Shown here one piece after another: positions 1-7,956 of a DNA stretch of 30,733 nt. A program made the position numbers and the translations under genes. Location: contig CAYLVN010000001.1 of assembly GCA_964387115.1 (NCBI GenBank), forward strand, positions 1 to 30,733, in the 5' to 3' direction. The notes beneath the pieces are model-generated. The model saw only the letters and a list, made by a program, of their open reading frames with translations, made no database searches and was not told where the DNA came from. Origin of the DNA: an uncultured Fibrobacter sp. GTDB taxonomy: Bacteria > Fibrobacterota > Chitinivibrionia > Chitinivibrionales > Chitinispirillaceae. How positions within the stretch are numbered: the stretch's first letter is position 1; each line of letters opens with the position of its first letter.

Positions 1-2
1 AT

Positions 3-854
3 ACAGTACCGGTTTTTGATGCTGACAATTTAGACGAGCTTAAAAAAGCCGATGTGGCTATTCTTTGCAGCGGATCAAAAGATGATCTTCCCATACAGGG
101 GCCATTCTACGCGAAATACATTAATACTATCGACAGTTACGACAACCACAGTCAGGCACTTTCCTATTTCAAAGCAATGGACAAAGTTGCCCGTGAAGCC
201 GGGACCGTCGCTTGCGTTTCCATTGGATGGGATCCGGGAACCTTCTCTCTTCAACGGGTACTGGGCAATGCTGTAATCCCGGGTTCCAAAACTTACGGGT
301 TTTATGGTATCGGTCCAAAAGGTGGGCTATCCATGGGGCATTCGGATGCTATCAGACGTATAGCCGGTGTACAGGATGCCCGTCAGTATACTCATGCCAT
401 TCCCGAGGCAATTGAAAGTGTTCGCTCCGGAGAAAATCCTGAACTCAAGTCGGGTGACATGCACTGGAGAGAATGCTTTGTTGTTGTGAAAGAAGGGGCT
501 GATACTGATGCAATTGAACGGGAAATTAAAAACATGAGCGGCTATTTCGCACCCTACAAAACGGTTGTACATTTCGTAAGTCAGGAGGAACTGGATGCAA
601 AGTATTCAGGTTTTCATCACGACGGGCTTGTCATCGGATCGGGGACAACCGGGGAGGGTAATATGGCGCTGATTGAATATCGGAACATCTGGGATAGCAA
701 TCCGGAGGCAACCGCGTATATTATGGTAGCTCATGCGCGTGCGGCAAAGCGACTTGCCAACGAAAATCGCAGAGGTGCATTCACTATATTTGACATACCT
801 CCAGCATATCTCTCACTAAATTCCCGCGAAGAACTCATCAGCAAATTTTTGTAG
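3..854 (+). CDS. ddh: meso-diaminopimelate D-dehydrogenase, 5'-partial (runs off the window edge)
   Basis: Frame is open from position 3 (TVPVFDADNLDELKKADVAILCSGS...) to TAG 852-854. Motifs DVAILCSGSKDDLP, NTIDSYDNH, SIGWDPG, GLSMGHSDAIRRIAGVQDARQYT and H(W)RECFVV match the Ddh family. Confidence 0.9.
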   Translation, partial: TVPVFDADNLDELKKADVAILCSGSKDDLPIQGPFYAKYINTIDSYDNHSQALSYFKAMDKVAREAGTVACVSIGWDPGTFSLQRVLGNAVIPGSKTYGFYGIGPKGGLSMGHSDAIRRIAGVQDARQYTHAIPEAIESVRSGENPELKSGDMHWRECFVVVKEGADTDAIEREIKNMSGYFAPYKTVVHFVSQEELDAKYSGFHHDGLVIGSGTTGEGNMALIEYRNIWDSNPEATAYIMVAHARAAKRLANENRRGAFTIFDIPPAYLSLNSREELISKFL

Positions 855-1021
855 AACAGGCGTGATGATAAACCATAGTGCCTGATGGTTAACCGTAATT
901 TATAAAGAATGCATTTTGTCGGATTTTACAGTTTCGATTAAGACAAAACTATATTCCAACTGCCCGCAGTTATAGTGCCTGATTGGTTTGAGGGCTTTGC
1001 AGAGCAGTCAGGATAAGTGGG

Positions 1022-2110
1022 TTACGGATATTGAACCAATGCACGAAGCAGCCTGTTTACCTGCCTGTCAATCTTATGACGCGAAGCATTCCTGAAAGCA
1101 CGCACACTCAGAGCTTTGAACTCTTCAGGACTATTACACAAATCAAATACTTTCTTTGCGTCCTGTTTCAGATCAACCCCGCCAATAAGAACACCGCTGT
1201 GAGATTCAGAAATGGTTTCACGGCTTGACGGGATATCAGTTGCAAATACGACTAATCCGTAACTCTGTGCCTCCAAAATCGCAAAAGATCGTCCGCCCTC
1301 GTATCTTGATGTAGATATGAGATAGGGGCATGTTTCATACCAGCGGCTGATTTTGTCAGGTGATTCCTTTTCGACAATAAAAAGCGAATCACCAAGTGAT
1401 GACAGCAGATTCTGCTTTGAATCAGGAATAGAACCGGTTCCGACAAGAAACAGTCTCGCATCAGGAAGATAAGAGAGGATATGTTCAAAGAGACCGATTC
1501 CGTATTCGATATTTTTCTTCCATGTAAAACTGCCTACAATCAGAAAACTGGGCGGTATCTCCTCCTGTGAAGCCCAGAAAGGAGCTTCGGGCAGGTTTAT
1601 ACCGTTTGGAACTACTCTGAGTTTTTTACGGGCAAAGGGGTGTTTACGGGATATCCATCTTGCCTCTTCAAGTGTACCGCAGATGCAGGAGGAACAAAGT
1701 GAAAGAGACAGTCTCAGCAGTGGAAACCGGATGATCCGGGATTTCCATGTGGTTCTGTTTGTCACCGCTGAGAGAGGGAGCCTCCGCTCAATCTGAAACA
1801 CCTTCTCTTCCCATCCGTGATTGTAAAGAACCACCTTTGTTTTTAATTTGAAAAGTTTTGAGATCAAAGCACAGAAAACGCCGTCAGTTGACCTGGCGAT
1901 AATCCTGTCGGGACGATCGAAAAAATTTAATAGAAAAAGAAGCCCCGTTCTCAGTGCAAAAAAAAGGTAGTTCTCTTCCCTGGGTGAACCTGCGTAGATA
2001 ATTTTTACCTTGTGCCCGGCTCTTTTTACACCTTCCGATAAAGTGTTGATAGAACGGTTTACTCCGCCTGCAGAGTTTTTATTGATGGATGCTATAAACC
2101 AGATTTTCAC
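1022..2110 (-). CDS. GT4-family (GT-B fold) glycosyltransferase
   Basis: Start re-assigned to GTG at 2110: AGGAG RBS upstream and a 4-nt GTGA overlap with the upstream stop. C-terminal STSRYEGGRSFAILEAQSYGLVVFATD motif; HGWEE and VVPNGI motifs. Confidence 0.85.
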   Translation of the reverse strand: MKIWFIASINKNSAGGVNRSINTLSEGVKRAGHKVKIIYAGSPREENYLFFALRTGLLFLLNFFDRPDRIIARSTDGVFCALISKLFKLKTKVVLYNHGWEEKVFQIERRLPLSAVTNRTTWKSRIIRFPLLRLSLSLCSSCICGTLEEARWISRKHPFARKKLRVVPNGINLPEAPFWASQEEIPPSFLIVGSFTWKKNIEYGIGLFEHILSYLPDARLFLVGTGSIPDSKQNLLSSLGDSLFIVEKESPDKISRWYETCPYLISTSRYEGGRSFAILEAQSYGLVVFATDIPSSRETISESHSGVLIGGVDLKQDAKKVFDLCNSPEEFKALSVRAFRNASRHKIDRQVNRLLRALVQYP

Positions 2111-3861
2111 AGCTTCTCCTGCGGCTCTCTTAAAAAGAAATCCCATGACAAAGGCTCGTGCGGAAGTGATTCGAGAAGTCTTTTTAAACTCCGGAAATTG
2201 TCCCGGGCCTCTACAGAGAGGTGAACGGTGAGGCACACAAAACATCCTTCTGTTTTCTCGATTACTCCTGATGATAAAATCGATTCTGCGCTTCCATACC
2301 AGGGATAAAATGAGGGGAAATACCATGTGCCTGCAACGGCTACAGGCCCTGTTACCCTGCCCGTAAAACGAGCCGTTTCTGGTCCACCGCATATAACAGA
2401 AAAGTGTTTTGACAATTGAACAATCTGTTCAAGGCCGATTGCATTGAATGGAGGTACTAGAATCCTGGGAACTGTTCCACCGGACCTTTCGATTTCCGAA
2501 AGTCTGGTCAGAAATTCAGGGATTCTGATCTGCAGAAGCTCACTGGGAAACGGTCCGTATTTTCCCTGATGAGAAAATCCGTGAAGTCCGACAACAGCTC
2601 CGCTTTCGCATAAGGAACTTAAAATTGAATCACCTTTATTGTCAATAAGATCATCGCCTTTTACTGCAGCTAAATAAGGAAATCCTTTCGATTTCATTAC
2701 ACCGCATAATCCTGAAACATGATCTCTGTTGTCAAAAAATACATCATCAACTCTTAAGAATATTCGTGATTTTACAGGTGAGCCTCCACAGGCGAGTTTC
2801 TTTATTCCAGAGCTGCAATCATATACGGGTTTACGGTTGAATTTAAACAGCAAAGATTTCAGTGGTGAGCCTGACAGCCTCATATCGTCAAGCACAAGAT
2901 TGTTTTTATCCCAGAGCCGTGCTGTTTTCTCCATGTCTGCATATCGGGAAATCAATCCCGATCCACAGGAAACCCAGGTTTTAAAGAAACCGGGTGCCAT
3001 AAGCATAGCGGTAATCTGTTCAATAATACAAGAAGCAGCAAGGGTTACTGTCTGAAAAGGGTGCCTGATAAGAGTAGAGATACGCCTGCGCCTGAAATCG
3101 TTTATTATGTTTCGAAACATAATCGAAAAATATGTTCCCCAGAATGTCGATGCCCTGCGGAAGAGATGATATCTGTCGGGGTGTTTACGATAAAAGTAAA
3201 ATTCTGCTTTGAGAAGCCCCCTGATTCTTTTTGGTGCGTTTTTCAAGTACCTGAGCAGATTAATTTTACGGGGAAGATGAGTAACAGAGATTCGGTTGCT
3301 AAAATAAATTTCTCCCCACATGAGAACTCTTGCGGCAAGTTCATGATCCTCACAGAAGGGTCCGAGAAATTCAAATTCCTGATCAAACCCTGACAATTGG
3401 TTCAATATCGATCTTCGCAGAATAAAATGACATGTGAGATACGCTTTTCCGTCGAGATTCTGAACCTCCCTGTCCCATACACCATTACCTGAAGCTTTAA
3501 CCTGCCCCTCAATTCCCGGAACAGACAAAGGCATTTCTTTAAGCAGTGGAACAAGAGATGAAAACCAGTTTTCGTTTATTCTTACATCATCATCCAGAAA
3601 AACTACCCATTCACCTTTACTGTTTGCGATACCGGTATTTCTCGCTACCGCCATCCCCCTGTTTCTTCCCTGATGAAAATAGCTGCATCTATGCTCCGCA
3701 CAGATCTTCTGGTTTGCAGATGCATCTTTTTGGCATGAACCATCATCTATAACGATAATCTCGGTATGCTGATCATTTCCAATCTGCTCTCTTAAGGCCT
3801 TAAGGCAGGATAAAAGGTAATCGGGTCTCTGATATGTCGGAATTACAATCGAAATGAACAT
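2107..3861 (-). CDS. GT2 glycosyltransferase fused to a C-terminal NodB/CE4-like (DUF2334-type) polysaccharide deacetylase-like domain
   Basis: N-terminus has ISIVIPTYQR, IIVIDDGS, NRGMAVARNTG, VVFLDDD (DxD) and GPFCEDHEL. C-terminus has FLRVDD, VGLHGFSH and LVPPFN. ATG 3861 chosen because GT2 homology starts there. Confidence 0.8.
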   Translation of the reverse strand: MFISIVIPTYQRPDYLLSCLKALREQIGNDQHTEIIVIDDGSCQKDASANQKICAEHRCSYFHQGRNRGMAVARNTGIANSKGEWVVFLDDDVRINENWFSSLVPLLKEMPLSVPGIEGQVKASGNGVWDREVQNLDGKAYLTCHFILRRSILNQLSGFDQEFEFLGPFCEDHELAARVLMWGEIYFSNRISVTHLPRKINLLRYLKNAPKRIRGLLKAEFYFYRKHPDRYHLFRRASTFWGTYFSIMFRNIINDFRRRRISTLIRHPFQTVTLAASCIIEQITAMLMAPGFFKTWVSCGSGLISRYADMEKTARLWDKNNLVLDDMRLSGSPLKSLLFKFNRKPVYDCSSGIKKLACGGSPVKSRIFLRVDDVFFDNRDHVSGLCGVMKSKGFPYLAAVKGDDLIDNKGDSILSSLCESGAVVGLHGFSHQGKYGPFPSELLQIRIPEFLTRLSEIERSGGTVPRILVPPFNAIGLEQIVQLSKHFSVICGGPETARFTGRVTGPVAVAGTWYFPSFYPWYGSAESILSSGVIEKTEGCFVCLTVHLSVEARDNFRSLKRLLESLPHEPLSWDFFLREPQEKL

Positions 3862-3867
3862 AGGTTG

Positions 3868-3876
3868 ATTATACCA
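3868..3876 (-). promoter_or_regulatory. putative extended -10 promoter (TGnTATAAT), 6 nt before the ATG of the GT2-deacetylase gene
   Basis: Minus strand reads attaTGgTATAATcaacctATG. No Shine-Dalgarno; TTATCA lies 18 nt upstream of the -10. Confidence 0.45.
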
Positions 3877-3971
3877 TAATTTAACAGGGACTGATAACGA
3901 TCCCAAATTATTGTCACTAACTCAAAAGTAATTTTTAGAATCGCTGTCGTTATTGGAGCTTGAAACAATTT

Positions 3972-5039
3972 TCATCTGTTAATTAGTTTCTTATAGATCT
4001 CAATACACTTATCTCCAGAATCAATACTGATCATTCTGTATCTGCCAGCACCCATCCGTGATCTTTCTGCCCATAATGAATTATTCTCAATCAGGTCACT
4101 AATCCCCAGTGAAATACCCTCTACATGCATTGGATCGACAAATCGTGCTGACTCTGTACACGTTTCTTCTACGGAAGGGATCCTGGATGCCACAACGGGA
4201 CACCCGGCAACCATTGCTTCAAGTGGCGGTATTCCAAGCCCCTCATAAAGCGAACAGAAAATCAGTCCACTGCAATTATCAAGGTGATATTGATACCGCT
4301 CCATACCCGACTCAAATAAGACAGTTTCGGGCACATTTTCCAGCCCCTCTTCCTTCTTATCAACATCGCCAAGTATTAAAAGTTTGAATTGCGGATATTT
4401 TTCTCCAAGTTGCGAAAATGCCTTTACCACACGGGCACAATTCTTATGAACACTTCCTCCAAGCATCACAAAGTAAGGCTTGCGATCTGTATTACCTGTA
4501 TTTGTTCGTGAAACAGGCATGTACAATGTATGACACCTGTTTTTAACATCGGGAAATGCTTTAATAAAATCCAATCTTGCAGATTCTGAAATGCAGATAT
4601 AACTCTTTAAGGAGCCGGCTAAGATTTTCTGCATCCGCCAGTATCTGCTGCTCTTTACCGAACGCAGAAATGGTATGTCCCAGTATTCAACTCCCATATC
4701 GTATACAGTAGCCACTGAAGGACATGGATGTAAAAGACCCAGACCGATCTGTCTTTTGGGACCAAGGGCAACCCAGTAGTGGTAGAGATCAATTTTATGC
4801 CTTAAAATGATGAGCGGAATGGTAAAAAGATCTCTTTTCCAATCGCTTTGCCGGTAAGGAATCCATTGAGCTATTTTTTTCTGCAAAGAACACGGGATTT
4901 TTGATTTATCACCCCAACCAATAATTCTGTACTCCGGTTCCGTAAAACTGATGCTTCCGGATAATGCTTCTGTAAAACGTCCTACACCACGATTGCCGTA
5001 CCCGAATGAAAACAGCCGCAGATCCCAGAGTATATTCAT
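3972..5039 (-). CDS. GT4-family glycosyltransferase (mannosyltransferase-like subfamily)
   Basis: N-terminal GVGRF; ATVYDM; ICISESARLDF; SLYEGLGIPPLEAMVAGCPVVAS (EX7E). Confidence 0.88.
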   Translation of the reverse strand: MNILWDLRLFSFGYGNRGVGRFTEALSGSISFTEPEYRIIGWGDKSKIPCSLQKKIAQWIPYRQSDWKRDLFTIPLIILRHKIDLYHYWVALGPKRQIGLGLLHPCPSVATVYDMGVEYWDIPFLRSVKSSRYWRMQKILAGSLKSYICISESARLDFIKAFPDVKNRCHTLYMPVSRTNTGNTDRKPYFVMLGGSVHKNCARVVKAFSQLGEKYPQFKLLILGDVDKKEEGLENVPETVLFESGMERYQYHLDNCSGLIFCSLYEGLGIPPLEAMVAGCPVVASRIPSVEETCTESARFVDPMHVEGISLGISDLIENNSLWAERSRMGAGRYRMISIDSGDKCIEIYKKLINR

Positions 5040-6139
5040 TTTTCAGTGACTTTCCTGTAAATTGAAAACATCCTGGTGGCCATCGACTGGTAACTGTACC
5101 TATCAGCATAATTCTTTACATTATTAAGTAATGTTTCCCTGAAGGAGATATCGGACAAAAGACGGTTCAAGGCATCAGCTGCAGCCCCTGGTTCATGAGG
5201 TACAACAACTACAGGGGAATGCTCTGAACCTGCAATTTCCTCTGAAAGAGGAATCTTTGTTGCAATTACAGGTTTAAGCGCTCCTATCGCACGTGTCAAA
5301 CTTCCTGAAGAGGAACGGCTCGAGAAAAGTGCAAGATATATATCAATTTCTCTGAGAAGAACGGTCTGTTCCTCTTCTGTAATCCACCCTGTAATCGTAA
5401 ACCGGTCATTCCAGCCGTTATCATTGATCCTGTTTTTTATACTGTTTAAAAGATCCTGCTGCTCCCGACTTCTGATCCCGCCAGCCCATGTAAAGCGCCA
5501 GTCTTTATCGAGCTTCTTAAGAAAGGAAAAAAGAAGCTCATAATTGTACTGTGGATTTATAAAACCTGTTGACCCAAGGTGAAGTGGGCGCTGGGGTGCC
5601 CAGGAGAATTGAGGAAAATCTGCGGAAACCCTTACGGGATGTGAAAGCACTTCAATATTAAGATTTGCGTTTTCGGCTTGCAATATTTCTTTATGATACT
5701 GGTGATGAACCAGAATAAGATCTGCACCGAAGTTCATTTTCAGATGTTTTCTGAATGCCGTCTGAGACGGATGTTTGCGGTCGTAAATGATTCTTTTAAT
5801 CCCTTTAATTAAATCGTTTCCGGATATCTCACGACGGGGATATACTCCCGGAAAGTCTCTATAAACCTCATGAAGAGAGATGATTACCGGCTTTTTGATT
5901 TTAGATAAGATCTGCAGAAAATAATCATGCCCGTTTTTAATGAAAAATGTGGTTTCATACTGAATATGGACAACATCTGCATTCTGCATCAGATCAGAGG
6001 TTCTGGAAGAGTCGGAAAATAAACTGAGCGGATCAATAATCGAAACATCTGCATGCTTTCTTAAGGCATCGGTATAGTTTCGGGCGTAAATTGATATCCC
6101 GCAATTGTCAGTTTCCGGGAAGATCCATAGAGCTTTCAT
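5036..6139 (-). CDS. GT4-family glycosyltransferase with degenerate EX7E motif
   Basis: CGISIYARNY, DVVHIQYE, ISLHEV, GSTGFINPQYN, SGSLTRAIGALKPVIAT. ATGA overlap with the downstream gene. Confidence 0.78.
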   Translation of the reverse strand: MKALWIFPETDNCGISIYARNYTDALRKHADVSIIDPLSLFSDSSRTSDLMQNADVVHIQYETTFFIKNGHDYFLQILSKIKKPVIISLHEVYRDFPGVYPRREISGNDLIKGIKRIIYDRKHPSQTAFRKHLKMNFGADLILVHHQYHKEILQAENANLNIEVLSHPVRVSADFPQFSWAPQRPLHLGSTGFINPQYNYELLFSFLKKLDKDWRFTWAGGIRSREQQDLLNSIKNRINDNGWNDRFTITGWITEEEQTVLLREIDIYLALFSSRSSSGSLTRAIGALKPVIATKIPLSEEIAGSEHSPVVVVPHEPGAAADALNRLLSDISFRETLLNNVKNYADRYSYQSMATRMFSIYRKVTEK

Positions 6140-7948
6140 TTAAGGAGATTCCTGTGATTCGATAATTTGCTGTGGCAGTCCTGTTCTTTTCCCCTGAGTA
6201 AGGAATCTTACGAGTCCGCATGAAGCACCAAGAAGGCCGGCAATTACAGCCAGAATATTATGGCCTTTCCTGAAGGGTCTGCCTTTTTCCGGTACTTTTC
6301 TGGAAAGATATTCAAGACGATATTTCCAGAAGACAATCCATGATAATGATTTTTTAAGAGGGGCATATTTACAGGAAAAATAAGCTGTATTGGCAAAACT
6401 ATGGAAAAGAAATCTGTATCGTTTATCGGACCTGCATCCTCCGGCGTCTTTACGAAGGTGCTTTACCCTGGCCTCGTGACAATACCAGATTTGATAGTTG
6501 CTTTTTAACAGCCTGAATGCACAGTCTACATCTTCCCAGTGCGCATTATGTCTGAATCCTTTGTCAAATCCGCAAATATTTACAAGTGCGCTTCTTCTGA
6601 AAGACATATTTGCGCCCATGATACTGATAACATTGCGACTTTCAGACATGGAAAAGTTCTGATGAATCTCACCGTGGCGGACATCAAACCATGGATCGGA
6701 TTCGGGTGCTTCGGAGGCGAAAACAGGATCCTCAATGAAACCGGCAACAGCGCCTGTAGATTCCTGCCGGTAGCAGTTTCTGTGTTTGTCAAGTAATTCG
6801 CTTTCCGGCACTATATCATCATCAAGAAACAGTACAACAGGGTTATAGCCTGCCTTTAGAGCCGCATTGCGGGCATTGGGAAGATTCGGGGGCGAAGAAA
6901 AAAGAAGATGCACCCGTTCTGATAAAGGCACATCGGGCTTCTGATCGCCCTGCCATACAATATAGATGGTGTCATTGTAGTTGCATTGATCAAGTAGAGA
7001 TTGGACAATATTGTAAACTGAATCGGGTCTATTGAATGTAGGAATAATTATGTCGATAGAAAATGCGCTTTCTTGAAAAGAATCTTCTGTCTGGAAAGGT
7101 TTTTCTGCATAGGCAAAGCAGGAACCTCCACCCTTTATATCCAGTAACAGTTCAAACTTATTGATAGAGGCGTTCAGTAATCTGAGCATAAGACCAGTGA
7201 CAGGAAACTTTTTAATTCCTGTAAACAGCTCTGTTATGATATTTAAAAAATGAAAGCGGGCCTTCTTGAATGCGAGGCGGTATTTCTCCGGATACCCGGT
7301 GATCCACCCTGTCAAGCCGGCAGGGCTGAAGAATCGCCTCACTTTAAACCGTCTGCTGTAAAAGCTGTAAAGCTCTTCTGATGGTCGTATCGAATAATGA
7401 CCGTCAAGATCTGCGAGATAATCAAAACCGATTTTCCTGATAAGACTATTGTCAGGCCACCTTTTTTTGTAGTCACCGCATTCGCTGTGAAGAAAGAGTG
7501 CGGCACCTGGACGGCAAACCCTGAATATTTCATCCAGCGCCTTTTCCTGATCGCGAAGATGACCCAGGGCATCAATAGTGAAAAGAGAATCTATGATTCC
7601 ATGTTTGAACGGAAGCATATGTAGATCGGCACAAACAGGAAGAACTTTACCTTTTCCACTGCGGTATGAGGCCCATTTGAGCGCCTCAGGCGACCAGTCT
7701 ACAGCCAGAACCGTACAGGGACAACGGTCTATAAACCACCTGCTGTAGGCACCGCGGCCTGAGCCGAAATCAACCACTTTGTAAAAGGGGAAACACCTTG
7801 CAGCAAGGTCATCAACACCCTTGCGTTTCAGGGAAAGAAATCCGGCACACAGTCGCATCAGACCCGACCTGACGGAAACTGCACGTGTGTGCCACTGACC
7901 TGAAAGGAATTTTTTCCGGGAAAAAGAGCGCTCAGCTCTACTGGACAT
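6140..7948 (-). CDS. class I SAM-dependent methyltransferase fused to a GT2 glycosyltransferase
   Basis: VVDFGSGRG (SAM motif I), LAVDWS, CADLHMLPF and DALGHL; then IDIIIPTFNR, PNARNAAL, LFLDDD, MGANMSFRR and HWEDVDCAFRL. Confidence 0.82.
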   Translation of the reverse strand: MSSRAERSFSRKKFLSGQWHTRAVSVRSGLMRLCAGFLSLKRKGVDDLAARCFPFYKVVDFGSGRGAYSRWFIDRCPCTVLAVDWSPEALKWASYRSGKGKVLPVCADLHMLPFKHGIIDSLFTIDALGHLRDQEKALDEIFRVCRPGAALFLHSECGDYKKRWPDNSLIRKIGFDYLADLDGHYSIRPSEELYSFYSRRFKVRRFFSPAGLTGWITGYPEKYRLAFKKARFHFLNIITELFTGIKKFPVTGLMLRLLNASINKFELLLDIKGGGSCFAYAEKPFQTEDSFQESAFSIDIIIPTFNRPDSVYNIVQSLLDQCNYNDTIYIVWQGDQKPDVPLSERVHLLFSSPPNLPNARNAALKAGYNPVVLFLDDDIVPESELLDKHRNCYRQESTGAVAGFIEDPVFASEAPESDPWFDVRHGEIHQNFSMSESRNVISIMGANMSFRRSALVNICGFDKGFRHNAHWEDVDCAFRLLKSNYQIWYCHEARVKHLRKDAGGCRSDKRYRFLFHSFANTAYFSCKYAPLKKSLSWIVFWKYRLEYLSRKVPEKGRPFRKGHNILAVIAGLLGASCGLVRFLTQGKRTGLPQQIIESQESP

Positions 7949-7956
7949 TTAAACCG

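Noticed and set aside
2111-2392. N-terminal extension of the 456-aa ORF 1022..2392
   Set aside because: It overlaps the upstream gene in another frame and looks non-protein-like. GTG 2110 has an RBS, a coupling overlap and coincides with the start of GT4 homology.
5036-6139. Loss of EX7E as a sign of an inactive glycosyltransferase
   Set aside because: SG-x-L-x-x-A variants occur in GT4 subfamilies, and the ORF is intact and translationally coupled.
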